A DNA stretch of 64,000 bases from an uncultured Methanosarcinales archaeon (lineage in GTDB: Archaea; Nanobdellota; Nanobdellia; Woesearchaeales; CAYVYK01). The notes beneath the pieces are model-generated. The model was not told the DNA's origin. It did no database searches and was given only the letters and a program-made list of their open reading frames with translations. Below are positions 19,495 through 29,081 of the stretch, one piece after another. The stretch covers positions 7,791-71,790 of the forward strand of contig CAYVYK010000002.1 in the NCBI GenBank assembly GCA_964455675.1. Direction: 5' to 3'. The translations under genes and the position numbers were made by a program. Every line of letters begins with the position of its first letter. Within the stretch, counting starts at the first letter, position 1.

Positions 19495-20717
19495 AAGGGA
19501 CAGAGGATTTCTTTCCCGAGGACATGAGTATCAGGCAGCAAGTAGTCGGAAGGCTACGCGCTACTGCAGAACGTTATGGCTATGGAGAAGTGAGTTCTCC
19601 TGCTTTTGAAAGCCTTCAACTGCTCACCGAGAAGGAAGGCGAAGAGATAAGGGGCCAGATTTTCACCCTCGAAAAACGCAGCAACGAGGAGTTCGGTCTA
19701 CGTTTTGATTTGACTGTTCCCATGGCTCGGATGGTCATAGAGAGAATTCGTGCAATGCCTAAACCGATTCGGTGGTTCATGATTGATAGAATGTGGAGGT
19801 ACGAGAAACCACAGGCAGGAAGACTAAGGGAATTTTATCAGCTGAGCGTGGAGCTTTACGGTGCAGAAGGCGCTGATGCTGATGCAGAACTCATAAAGCT
19901 CGTTATCGCATGCCTTGAGAGTTTTGGGCTCACATCTCGTGACATTAAAGTCCGGATCAACAACCGAAAACTGCTCGAGGGACTTTTGCGCGAGAAGGTT
20001 GGAAAAGACGATGTCCTTGATCTGATTCCCGTGATCGACAAGTTCTCCAAATTATCCAGGGAGGATTTCAAAGCGGAACTGTCAAGATTCACAGAAGATA
20101 GTGATGCGATTATTGAAATTCTCGAGACGGAAGACATCTCGAAGATAATGACCAAGAATCAGCTTGCCAAGGAAGGTTTATCCGATCTCCAGAGTATATT
20201 TCGTCAGCTCCCAGCAGGATATGCAGTGTTTAGTCCATCGACCGCGAGAGGCCTCGCGTATTACACAGGGACGGTATTTGAGGTTTTTGACACAAAGGGG
20301 AAGTATCGCGCAATTGCCGGTGGTGGAAGGTACGATAATATGATTGCACTATTCAAGGGACCAGCAACTCCGGCAAGCGGGTTTGGACTAGGGATTACGA
20401 CGTTGACTCTCCTCTTGAAGGATCTGGGATTATTACCAAAACCAAACGTAAGTCCTGATTATTTTGTGGCAGTTGCCAATTCTGAATGCCGAGAAAAGGC
20501 GATGCTCATCGTCGAAAAAATGAGGAGGAGATGGTCCGTTGTCGTCGATATTTCCAACCGGAACCTTAAGAACCAAGTGTCGTATGCAGGTTCGATTGGC
20601 GCACGAAAGCTCATCGTTATTGGTGACCAGGAGATCGCCTCTGGCGTACTCAAGGTTAAAGACATGCAGACCGGCGCTGAGACGGAACTCCAGATAGAGA
20701 GTATGAGTAAAACGTAA
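19476..20717 (+). CDS. hisS: Histidine--tRNA ligase
   Basis: Class II aaRS motifs; N-terminal KPKGTEDFFPED, RYDN, GGGRYD signature of HisRS. Confidence 0.9.
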   Translation: MTFQKPKGTEDFFPEDMSIRQQVVGRLRATAERYGYGEVSSPAFESLQLLTEKEGEEIRGQIFTLEKRSNEEFGLRFDLTVPMARMVIERIRAMPKPIRWFMIDRMWRYEKPQAGRLREFYQLSVELYGAEGADADAELIKLVIACLESFGLTSRDIKVRINNRKLLEGLLREKVGKDDVLDLIPVIDKFSKLSREDFKAELSRFTEDSDAIIEILETEDISKIMTKNQLAKEGLSDLQSIFRQLPAGYAVFSPSTARGLAYYTGTVFEVFDTKGKYRAIAGGGRYDNMIALFKGPATPASGFGLGITTLTLLLKDLGLLPKPNVSPDYFVAVANSECREKAMLIVEKMRRRWSVVVDISNRNLKNQVSYAGSIGARKLIVIGDQEIASGVLKVKDMQTGAETELQIESMSKT

Positions 20718-20777
20718 CCACTGATATGTAGTTAAAACACGGAACGTTTATATAGGAGTATCCGCATAACTCGACTC

Positions 20778-21488
20778 ATGACAAGAAGGCCACCACTCGT
20801 CTATTCGTATCAAGTGGATTTCATGCAAGGAATTCTTGAGCAGGAACTCCTCCATCCAGTCCTTGGGTATCATCCATGCAAATGGATCGTGGGTGTTACA
20901 GGAATTTCACCAAAATCTGTACTACGTTTTCAACATGATCAGGATATGCCCTCGCTCACAGTCCCTCTTGATGCGTCAATCACGTTAAAGGGAAAGAATG
21001 GTACATATGAGAATCAACCCACACTTGAAAGAATTGAGAACACAAGACCAAGGATACGGTATGATTCTTACCTTGACGCGCTCATGGATCCTAACTTCTT
21101 GGGATTTACGCTTAGATCCTGGCCCGCCCATCATCCACCAGAGTCACCGTATGAGCCTGAGGACGTAGGTTCCCTAGTGGCGCACTGGGATTCTTTCAGG
21201 GACGCAAACGGCTACTTGTACTCAAGAGTGCATTTTCACGTGGCAGATATTATCGGAACCGATAAGGATAGAAACATGCGAGAAAGTACGATATTCAAGC
21301 CAGAAAAGCAGCTTCTAATCCCAGTAAAAACCGGTCAAGATGCGTGTGTTATTGGTACATATGTGGACATTACTGAAGATGAAGGATATGTTTTTCCTTG
21401 TGTTTCCTGCACAGAGATTCGGGAACAACTGACGGAGGGGGGAAGGGCAAGGATTGGACTTGCTGCAAGAGTATACCGCGTGGGTTAG
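20778..21488 (+). CDS. Hypothetical protein, translationally coupled to the downstream FHA gene
   Basis: 236-aa ORF; stop 8 nt before the FHA gene start; no recognised domain. Confidence 0.5.
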   Translation: MTRRPPLVYSYQVDFMQGILEQELLHPVLGYHPCKWIVGVTGISPKSVLRFQHDQDMPSLTVPLDASITLKGKNGTYENQPTLERIENTRPRIRYDSYLDALMDPNFLGFTLRSWPAHHPPESPYEPEDVGSLVAHWDSFRDANGYLYSRVHFHVADIIGTDKDRNMRESTIFKPEKQLLIPVKTGQDACVIGTYVDITEDEGYVFPCVSCTEIREQLTEGGRARIGLAARVYRVG

Positions 21489-21496
21489 GTAGAATC

Positions 21497-21955
21497 ATGA
21501 CAAACGCAATCCTGCAATGGGACAACGAGCGGTTTACATTGGATCCACTCATAGCCCGTCCGTACTGGACGATTGGCCGTCATATGCACAATGATCTGAC
21601 GCTTGAGAACCGACATGGACTCCTGCAACTTTCAAGGTTTCACGCCTCCATCATCCACATACAGCATTCTAATAGTCATCCGGGTGGATTCTACATCGGT
21701 GACCATAGTTGCCATCAGACAGGTATTGTGTATCCAGATGGAAGAAGAGATGTAGTGAAGCAGTTCTTTCCTCAGCACGGAACGTTTAGAACTGATAAAG
21801 AATTATCCTGTGCACTTAGTGAGGAATTGACACACCAAGGAAAAAACCTTGCGGACCGCCTTACTTATCTTATAGATCATTCCGTACTTGAGCTTCCATA
21901 CAGTTGTGGCCCGATGGGTTACCAGATCCGTTTTGTCCTTCAATCACAATCTTGA
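21497..21955 (+). CDS. FHA (forkhead-associated) domain protein
   Basis: YWTIGRHMHNDLTL...LSRFHASI...YIGDHSCHQTGIVYPDG matches the FHA core pattern (G-R ... S-R-x-H ... D-x-S ... G-T); start at ATG 21497, the TTG-started extension is unlikely. Confidence 0.6.
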   Translation: MTNAILQWDNERFTLDPLIARPYWTIGRHMHNDLTLENRHGLLQLSRFHASIIHIQHSNSHPGGFYIGDHSCHQTGIVYPDGRRDVVKQFFPQHGTFRTDKELSCALSEELTHQGKNLADRLTYLIDHSVLELPYSCGPMGYQIRFVLQSQS

Positions 21956-23403
21956 TCGCTAGTGTCCAGGAACCCGTCACAATCGTTGTCTTTTCCGTCG
22001 GAACAGGTGATCTCGGTGCCATATTCAAAGAATCCACACAGCCCGCCAATGTCTATGCAGAGTTCATTTTGATTTTTTTGGCCATCATGGCAGGTCGCCC
22101 CTGTTGATGTTGTGTAGAGATACTTGAATATCTGGGCGTCATCTTCCGCCACATAGAGTTCGCAGTCTTTGATAGTGATACCTTCCTGATCAGTCCCTGG
22201 GATACTGCGATAATCAGCGTGATACAGGTAATATGTGCCATCCACATCGAATCTTCCAATCTTGTCTTCGTTATCCCAGACAGCATATAGTTTGTTTTCT
22301 CTTGGCTCGAAGTAGAGGTCTGCCAAATCTGCATAAGCAGTATCATAGTGTGTGATTTCCGTCCATGCCGTGGATGTCTCACTTGAAATTATTGGTAAAT
22401 CAAGGACATAGACTGTTCCCTTTCCTGCGGTTCCAGCTTGATCTCCAACAAAGAACACACCACCTTCCGGATGGGAATCTAAATGATAAAAAGTTAAAGC
22501 TTCCATTCCATTCTGCGTTCCGTAGCTTCCGAGGATAAATTCTCGTCGTATCGTACCTGTCTGAATATTAAATTCAACAATACTTGCTGGATCCTGCTCC
22601 TTTAACAAGTACAAATAATCAGATGTTGGGTCCGCAAGTGCAATGCCCTCAAGATCACGGCCTCCAAGGGACCAGGAACTGAGGAGAACTCCTTCTTCAC
22701 TCATCTGGTACAGGTATCCATCATCTTCCACCCAAAAAAGAGATTCTGTACCCGGATGCCAAACAATACCGCTTGGTTCGTCCTGATGTGCTCCTGAACC
22801 GCTGAAGATAAGCGACCCCCCTCCAACTTCAGGAAGAGTCCCAGGTTCACAGGAAGGCTCTTCAAGCACACAGAGCTGTGTGCGCACCTCACATGTGGAT
22901 GTACACACAAGGTTTCCGCCATAAAAGCCGTACGACTGGCATGTCGCATCACCAAAATCGGTTCCGTCACACGATTCTGCCCCCTGTTGTATTCCATCCC
23001 CGCAGAGAGTTACCATGGGTCCACAAAATCCATTGCTGCATCCAGTTCCTGTTTGACAGTCAAACACCTCACTCGCTACATTGTCACGCCGACAGTAGTA
23101 TTCCCTGACTCGAGTCGCCGAAACACAAACATCCCGAAACAAGGTTGTACCTGTAGACATGCTGACCATTCCATACTTTGTGATATCAATTCCGTTATCG
23201 GTATCAGTGCAGAGCAGCGTAGTCATGGGTACTCTCTGCATCGGTAAGGTTTCACTAGCTGTTTGGGGTTGTGAAGTCTTTGTCGTACGGAGGGCATCGA
23301 CTGAAAATACCTGCACAACATGGCCGGTTACACTAGGCTCACCTGTTGAAACGAGTAGTATGCAAACGAATAAAAGGATTAACGGAAAGTAGATTTTCTC
23401 CAT
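21940..23403 (-). CDS. Secreted beta-propeller-like (phytase-like/SdiA-regulated-like) protein with Cys-rich modules
   Basis: Signal peptide; Cys-rich repeats (CGDGIQQGAESCDGTDFGDATC); C-terminal CSDGKDNDCDGFLDTSDQDCD metal-binding-like motif. Confidence 0.5.
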   Translation of the reverse strand: MEKIYFPLILLFVCILLVSTGEPSVTGHVVQVFSVDALRTTKTSQPQTASETLPMQRVPMTTLLCTDTDNGIDITKYGMVSMSTGTTLFRDVCVSATRVREYYCRRDNVASEVFDCQTGTGCSNGFCGPMVTLCGDGIQQGAESCDGTDFGDATCQSYGFYGGNLVCTSTCEVRTQLCVLEEPSCEPGTLPEVGGGSLIFSGSGAHQDEPSGIVWHPGTESLFWVEDDGYLYQMSEEGVLLSSWSLGGRDLEGIALADPTSDYLYLLKEQDPASIVEFNIQTGTIRREFILGSYGTQNGMEALTFYHLDSHPEGGVFFVGDQAGTAGKGTVYVLDLPIISSETSTAWTEITHYDTAYADLADLYFEPRENKLYAVWDNEDKIGRFDVDGTYYLYHADYRSIPGTDQEGITIKDCELYVAEDDAQIFKYLYTTSTGATCHDGQKNQNELCIDIGGLCGFFEYGTEITCSDGKDNDCDGFLDTSDQDCD

Positions 23404-23484
23404 TGGACTGTCTTAACCTTTTCTGGTATATAAAAGTTGACAGACTAAAAAACTAGTGACAAATATGAGAGGATAATAAAGTAA

Positions 23485-23498
23485 TCACTAAATAGTGA
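23485..23498. promoter_or_regulatory. Perfect palindrome TCACTA-AA-TAGTGA in 415-bp divergent intergenic region
   Basis: Seen directly; flanked by a second CTAGTGAC copy 35 nt upstream. Confidence 0.25.
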
Positions 23499-23818
23499 CT
23501 ACAACATAGAAAGATTTATATACTAGTAATCCTAATTAGTTACTTAGGGGTGACAATGGCAAATACCTCTCCTGAAACCTTCATCGGTTTCTACACCTCC
23601 GTGGCCAAAGTTGCCCCGCCCTTTTCAAACAAGAGGTGAAATGATGACAGCACTACCCAAATGCTTGGAAATCAAGTTGGAACATGCTCCGCACCTGAAC
23701 GCAGAGAAGGTGGATAAGGTAGTCAGTGCACCGAGCCAAAAGAGCGATGATACTTACTACAATGGGAAGGCCGTGGCGTGTGCTCCTTCAAATCCGATTT
23801 TTTGGCGGTGATTAGTAT

Positions 23819-24817
23819 ATGATTGCGAAAAGCATTCAGATCCTGGAGTCTTTGCAAACACCCTCGGGCCTCTGTTCAGCGTCGAAACAGAGCGTGAACA
23901 CAGGCTACAATAGGGCTTGGATTCGTGATAATATTTATGAGTCTCTGGGTCTTGAAGCAGCGAAGCGACACTGGGCACTTAAGCGTATTTACCGGGCGAT
24001 TTTTGACGTGCTCCTCAAGCATGAAGGCAAGATCGATGCCGCAATTCAATCAAAGCCCCAGCATCACTATGAGTATATTCACCCTCGGTACGATCCGCAT
24101 ACGTTAAGCGAAATCTGGGAGGAGTGGGGAAATCGACAGAATGACGCTATCGGCGCATTTCTGTATAAGGTTGGCGATCTAGAATCAAAAGGTGTGAAGG
24201 TTATCAGGGATGATGATGATCGCCGAATTCTGCAGAAGCTTGTATGGTATCTTGATGCCATTGAGTATTGGCACGATGAGGATAATGGTGTCTGGGAGGA
24301 GAATCTCGAAATCCATGCATCATCTGTTGGTGCCTGCGTCGCAGGACTCCGTGCTGTTCGGAACCTCGTTGACGTTCATCCAGATCTTTTAAGGAAAGGC
24401 GAGGAATCACTAAATGACCTGTTGCCATACGAATCGACTACAAAGGACGCAGACCTTGCACTCCTTAGCCTAGTCTATCCGTTCAATGTTGTTTCCGACT
24501 CGCAGCGCGACGCCATTTTAAAAAATGTGGAAGAGAAGCTCGTCCGTCAGCGAGGCACTATCCGCTATGTTGGTGATAAGTACTATAACCGCGATGGAGA
24601 AGCAGAATGGGTAATGGGATTTCCATGGCTTGCAGTGATCTACAAGTCCTTGAACCGCCCTGACAAATATGCTCACTATATGAGAAAGACAATCGAATGC
24701 GCTAATGCAGAAGGAGAACTGCCCGAATTGTATTATGCGAACTCCACAGAGTGCAACGAAAATACTCCTCTTGGCTGGACGCAAGCACTCTTTCTCGTCG
24801 CTGCGATGGACGAATGA
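23819..24817 (+). CDS. Glycoside hydrolase family 15-like (glucoamylase-related) protein, short form
   Basis: YNRAWIRDN and NGVWEEN (GH15 general-acid Glu region) motifs. Confidence 0.6.
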   Translation: MIAKSIQILESLQTPSGLCSASKQSVNTGYNRAWIRDNIYESLGLEAAKRHWALKRIYRAIFDVLLKHEGKIDAAIQSKPQHHYEYIHPRYDPHTLSEIWEEWGNRQNDAIGAFLYKVGDLESKGVKVIRDDDDRRILQKLVWYLDAIEYWHDEDNGVWEENLEIHASSVGACVAGLRAVRNLVDVHPDLLRKGEESLNDLLPYESTTKDADLALLSLVYPFNVVSDSQRDAILKNVEEKLVRQRGTIRYVGDKYYNRDGEAEWVMGFPWLAVIYKSLNRPDKYAHYMRKTIECANAEGELPELYYANSTECNENTPLGWTQALFLVAAMDE

Positions 24818-24869
24818 GGCGCAGGTACATAAGATTTGGTTCAAGAGTATGCTTGGTTCTAGAGAATGA

Positions 24870-26117
24870 TTAGGCTTTCTTTATGATTCCATATCCAATG
24901 AGTCGGAATCGATTTCCCACGCGTCGCGAAATAGTGACCCTGCTTCCTGCTGGAGCGCACACAGGTATCTTCAGTTTGCAATGAACGTGATTCTTCTCTA
25001 GTTCGGTAACGACGCCGACCGTCGCTGCGGAGTTCACGTTCAGCATGAGCATTTCTAGTTTCTTCAGCGGCTCGACAAGCAGTTCGTCCTTTGTACCAAC
25101 AACCCGCTCAAGAAGATGGACTTCCAGCTTGAATGCATACCAGAGCGGTGGAAGCTTTCCAACCAGCCCAACAACTGATCCTGTGAGTTTATCTGATTTG
25201 ACCGCGCTCGGGTCAAGCCCTGTGAGCAGCGCTATGCTACCGCCTGGCGTTGCTTCTTTAAGCGGTGTTGAACCGCTCATAATTCCTCGTATGTCCGTTC
25301 GTAATGGCTTCCATATCTTCTGATTTCTTTCTTCATTTTCATATCCTGGTTGTATCTCGATCTTCTCCCCGATCTTGAATACTCCCTGTTTTATTGCTCC
25401 TCCAAGTATTCCCCCATTAAGTTCGCTTATTGGTTTTCCTGGCCTGTTTGTGTCAAACGATCGTGCGACATACATAATAGGTTCTTTTGTTAGGTCGCGT
25501 TCAGGTGTTGGGAAGTACTCCTCGATTGATTTGAGGAGGTATCCCATGTTTACCCTATGCTGCGCTGATATCGGGATGATTGGGGCGTCAGCGTATTCAG
25601 TTGTTTTGAGAAACTGTTGGATTTGTTCGCGATTTTTTATTGCGGCTTCTTTAGTCACAAGATCGATCTTGTTTTGGACAACGATGACTTTCTTGATGCC
25701 AACGATCTGTAGCGCCATGAGGTGTTCGCGTGTCTGCGGTTGTGGGCATTGCTCATTCGCTGCAATGAGGAGTAATGCTCCATCCATGATTGTGGATCCT
25801 GCAAGCATGGTCGCCATCAGGCTTTCGTGCCCTGGTGCGTCGACAAGACTAACCGTTCGGACGGATTCTGTGGCTGTCCCGTCAGGAAGCTTTTCTGTTG
25901 TAGTATACATGATCTGGTTCCCATCAAGGTACTTGAAAATAGTCAGATTAGCATATCCAAGGCGGATCGTAATTCCTCGTTTTAACTCTTCAGAATGAGT
26001 GTCTGTCCATTTCCCGGAAAGAGCTTGCGTAAGTGTCGTCTTTCCATGATCCACATGCCCCACAAGGCCAATATTGAGGACCGGCTGTGCTGCTTCAACG
26101 GTTACTTTTTTCGCCAT
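24870..26117 (-). CDS. eif2g: Translation initiation factor 2 subunit gamma (aIF2-gamma)
   Basis: NIGLVGHVDHGKTTL G1 motif with archaeal/eukaryal e/aIF2-gamma N-terminus, zinc-knuckle Cys, 415 aa. Confidence 0.9.
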   Translation of the reverse strand: MAKKVTVEAAQPVLNIGLVGHVDHGKTTLTQALSGKWTDTHSEELKRGITIRLGYANLTIFKYLDGNQIMYTTTEKLPDGTATESVRTVSLVDAPGHESLMATMLAGSTIMDGALLLIAANEQCPQPQTREHLMALQIVGIKKVIVVQNKIDLVTKEAAIKNREQIQQFLKTTEYADAPIIPISAQHRVNMGYLLKSIEEYFPTPERDLTKEPIMYVARSFDTNRPGKPISELNGGILGGAIKQGVFKIGEKIEIQPGYENEERNQKIWKPLRTDIRGIMSGSTPLKEATPGGSIALLTGLDPSAVKSDKLTGSVVGLVGKLPPLWYAFKLEVHLLERVVGTKDELLVEPLKKLEMLMLNVNSAATVGVVTELEKNHVHCKLKIPVCAPAGSRVTISRRVGNRFRLIGYGIIKKA

Positions 26118-26466
26118 GATACTGGGGAAAAGGAGTTGATTTATAAATGTTGTTTAAGTGGTTATAATCAAATAAAAAAAAAGAAAACGAGGGGTTTTTG
26201 AGGTTTAGATGGTTAGGAAATATCAGCAACGTTCTTGCTCCAGTGGGTTTTTCGGGTCCTTTTCTGGCGCAAAAATTCGAGGTATTCGAGCTCGAATTCA
26301 GTGAGATTGTTCCTTGCATCACCGATAGTAAAGGGCATGAGTTCTGGCATCAGATCACCTCCGATCTTCCATTTTCTGAGGATATGTTTATTAAGTAGTT
26401 TATGAACAGATCATAAGGAAAAGGGATTCATAAGCTTTTTAAAACGAAAAAAAGGACTATCGCCAA

Positions 26467-27162
26467 ATGATTAATCTCCACTGGATCCGATTCGTCTTTA
26501 GCCCCACATATTTCAATGGTTTTGATAGTGTGATGGAGATTATCACTGTTATTGTTTCTCTCCTTATTGCATACGTGAGCTATCGGTGCTACAAGTTTTC
26601 TGGAGAAAAAAAGTACAAGTACTTCGCGTGGGCTTTTGCTGCGATATCTGTGGCTTTTTTCTTCAAGATCATCACAAATATCAGCATCTACTACCAGGTC
26701 CTTGAGACTGTCCGTATGGGCAGGATTGAGATGAGATTCCTCTCCATTAAGCAGACGGACCTTATGTATATTATAGGCTATTTCCTCTACAGGTCATTGT
26801 TCTTTTTCGGTCTGCTTGGAATCTGGTTTACACTTGAGAAGATCTCCTCAAAAAGGCTAATTCTCCTGATGGCTTGGTTCATATTTGTTGTGAATTACTT
26901 CAGCCATTACGCATATTTCTTCTTCCACATCACAATCTTCCTGATGCTTCTGTTCATCAGTTCATCATATTTCTATCATCAGCGGAAAGTCTGTTCGCTG
27001 TCTTCACGTCTTGTGACCGTCGCCTTTGGACTTCTTGCGGTTTCCCAGCTCTTCTTCATTTTTGAGTGGCTGAAGCTCGACTTGTACGTTATTGGCACGA
27101 TCATCCAAACCATCGCGTTCATCATTTTGCTATATACTTATTTGTTGGTGCACAGACGATGA
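26467..27162 (+). CDS. Integral membrane protein (6-7 TM), function unknown
   Basis: 231-aa hydrophobic ORF; ATGA overlap with the downstream wHTH gene. Confidence 0.5.
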   Translation: MINLHWIRFVFSPTYFNGFDSVMEIITVIVSLLIAYVSYRCYKFSGEKKYKYFAWAFAAISVAFFFKIITNISIYYQVLETVRMGRIEMRFLSIKQTDLMYIIGYFLYRSLFFFGLLGIWFTLEKISSKRLILLMAWFIFVVNYFSHYAYFFFHITIFLMLLFISSSYFYHQRKVCSLSSRLVTVAFGLLAVSQLFFIFEWLKLDLYVIGTIIQTIAFIILLYTYLLVHRR

Positions 27163-27434
27163 AAGCTCGCCGAAGCCGCATGGACATCATTAATGATATG
27201 TTATTGTCCATTCAGGGAAAAGGTGGGAAGATCAAGCCGACGCATTTGATGTACAAAGCGAATCTTTCCCATAAAAGTCTGACTGATTACATTGAGGAGC
27301 TTTCGACGAAGGAATTGATCAAGGAAGTCCGGAGTACAGAGGATAATAAATACTTGATTCTCACGGATAAAGGTTTTGAATTCATCAGTGAATTCCGTCG
27401 AATGAAAGAATTCCAGGAAAGTTTCGGTTTATAG
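27159..27434 (+). CDS. Small winged-helix DNA-binding protein
   Basis: 91 aa from MKARRSRMDIINDMLL...; helix-turn-helix-wing pattern; start overlaps the upstream stop (ATGA). Confidence 0.5.
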   Translation: MKARRSRMDIINDMLLSIQGKGGKIKPTHLMYKANLSHKSLTDYIEELSTKELIKEVRSTEDNKYLILTDKGFEFISEFRRMKEFQESFGL

Positions 27435-27439
27435 ACAAA

Positions 27440-27838
27440 TTATTCCATTTCAGGATTCTTCCGAAAGAAGTCCAGTACTCCTTGTTGAATGCACGGCCAT
27501 TGCCAGTAGGCACTTTGCTGCGCGTTCAAGACGTCCATGAGCGTTCCATCCTGGTGACCTCGTTTTAGGTCTTGCGCGAGCTGGGCATTAACATAGACTC
27601 CGCTGAAGAACACGCGTATAGGTTCTCTATGTCCTGGCGCTTGATAGTTGTTTACGTGTGATTCAATACGGACAGCCATGCATTCATAGTCTACTGATGG
27701 ATTGACCATGGTTATCCTCACCTTAGTATATGACTGCAACGAGAATTCTCTTGATCTGGGAGAAGCGTACTCGTCCAGGATCTTCGAGCGCGTTGTTATC
27801 TCCCTTGAACTTTGCATACCATCCAAGATGGTCTTCAC
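27440..27838 (-). CDS. Hypothetical protein (true start probably internal, around 27709)
   Basis: ORF overlaps the signal-peptidase gene by 115 nt in another frame; internal Met MVNPSV gives a non-overlapping 90-aa product. Confidence 0.35.
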   Translation of the reverse strand: MKTILDGMQSSREITTRSKILDEYASPRSREFSLQSYTKVRITMVNPSVDYECMAVRIESHVNNYQAPGHREPIRVFFSGVYVNAQLAQDLKRGHQDGTLMDVLNAQQSAYWQWPCIQQGVLDFFRKNPEME

Positions 27839-28280
27839 CTACTTCAATCACTCGGTGGATGACAGTTGCATTTGCGATAGGCGAATAGTAGGAAACAATA
27901 TCTCCGACGTGAATGTCTTCCGCACTTTTCGGAATAATTTCGATACCTGTCGATGTCGAATCAAGAACTGGGTCCATGGAGTATGTCGCGCTGAATCGCG
28001 CCCATTTCGCATTCTCAATGTCGAGAATCACCTTATCCTGTAAGATAGAAATGTCTTCCTCCTTGAGCCAGTCATGTGGTGATGGCTTATCTCGCCCGCT
28101 TGATTCCCGTGCTTTTTGGGCTTCTTCAAATGAGAGCGCTTTGGATGTCGAACCTGTCTGTTCACTCTCGATAAAATTCGGAGTAATGGATTTTGACCCG
28201 ATCAGATAGCCAGTGAACCCAGAGAGACCTACGCAGACGAAAACCGCAAGGCACATCCCAAGGATTTGTATCAAGTCCAT
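27723..28280 (-). CDS. Signal peptidase I (archaeal/eukaryal S26B, Sec11-like)
   Basis: N-terminal TM anchor; catalytic Ser region SMDPVL (SM.P motif); conserved His/Asp region VIHRVIEV...GD. Confidence 0.75.
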   Translation of the reverse strand: MDLIQILGMCLAVFVCVGLSGFTGYLIGSKSITPNFIESEQTGSTSKALSFEEAQKARESSGRDKPSPHDWLKEEDISILQDKVILDIENAKWARFSATYSMDPVLDSTSTGIEIIPKSAEDIHVGDIVSYYSPIANATVIHRVIEVGEDHLGWYAKFKGDNNALEDPGRVRFSQIKRILVAVIY

Positions 28281-28302
28281 TCGTTGTTCACCCCAAATAT
28301 GA

Positions 28303-28317
28303 TACTACTGAGTAGTA
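28303..28317. promoter_or_regulatory. Perfect palindrome TACTACT-G-AGTAGTA in AT-rich divergent promoter region
   Basis: Seen directly; further ACTACTACTAAGTAACTAAT repeats 30 nt downstream. Confidence 0.25.
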
Positions 28318-28376
28318 CTAATATATAAATGTTTCTATTAATTACTACTACTAAGTAACTAATATCAACGTTCTGT

Positions 28377-29081
28377 TTGTCGTTAAGTTTATATACATTC
28401 CTCATGCTAGGAAACCACATGTCCGAAAAGTTCGATTTCGACATCAAGCCGAATAAGTCCCGTAATCGGACAATTTTTGCGCTTGCCATCGTGCTCGTTG
28501 GTGCCCTCATTGCTACGGCATATCTTCTGAACGGATCAGGTGATTCTCCGCAAGTGACAGGCGCAGCTGTTGGTACAAATTCGGTTCACAGCAGTTCTGA
28601 TTCCCTGTTCAACATATGGTCAAAAAAGGGCGATTCTTCGCTCGTGAATGCCGTCCTATTGCTCAGGGAGGCGTCCATTGATCATGACACGATGCGTATT
28701 GCTGAACTCGTTACGGAAATTGAAAGTTCTATTAAGGAATCAGAGTATGCCGAACAGATGAATGCTTGGAACGCTCTGCTTGAGTGTGTATACTCACAAT
28801 GTGAGGACGCGGATTATTTGCGGCTGATGAATCTTATCGTCAGCACTGATCTTAAGAATACGCAGAATCGCCTCTCACACAACATCATCCAACTCTACGT
28901 CTTGTGGGATGGAAAACAGGTCGTGGAATTTTCGAGATACCTCTCGGAAACAAATGAGATGATCGCGCAGATTGAGAGTCCGGTCTTGCAGGATACATGG
29001 AAAGCCTGGATTGAATGCAATGGCGAGTGCGAAAAATCTGACGAACTTGTGTTTGCTCTCCTGACAGAAGTGTTGAAGTGA
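28377..29081 (+). CDS. N-terminally membrane-anchored hypothetical protein
   Basis: TM helix IFALAIVLVGALIATAYLL then a helical soluble domain; overlaps pth2 start (GTGA). Confidence 0.45.
   Translation: MSLSLYTFLMLGNHMSEKFDFDIKPNKSRNRTIFALAIVLVGALIATAYLLNGSGDSPQVTGAAVGTNSVHSSSDSLFNIWSKKGDSSLVNAVLLLREASIDHDTMRIAELVTEIESSIKESEYAEQMNAWNALLECVYSQCEDADYLRLMNLIVSTDLKNTQNRLSHNIIQLYVLWDGKQVVEFSRYLSETNEMIAQIESPVLQDTWKAWIECNGECEKSDELVFALLTEVLK

Noticed and set aside
20778-21488. tRNA-His guanylyltransferase (Thg1) as identity of the gene downstream of hisS
   Set aside because: Attractive by context but the sequence lacks Thg1 motifs (RxDGxxF, HINNxYN, SDE) when compared from memory.
23611-23811. C/D-box sRNA-like motifs (ATGATGA ... 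CTGA, twice) in the 415-bp intergenic region / 66-aa ORF
   Set aside because: Boxes present but no convincing terminal stem or k-turn geometry; could equally be chance in an AT-moderate region or a small ORF.
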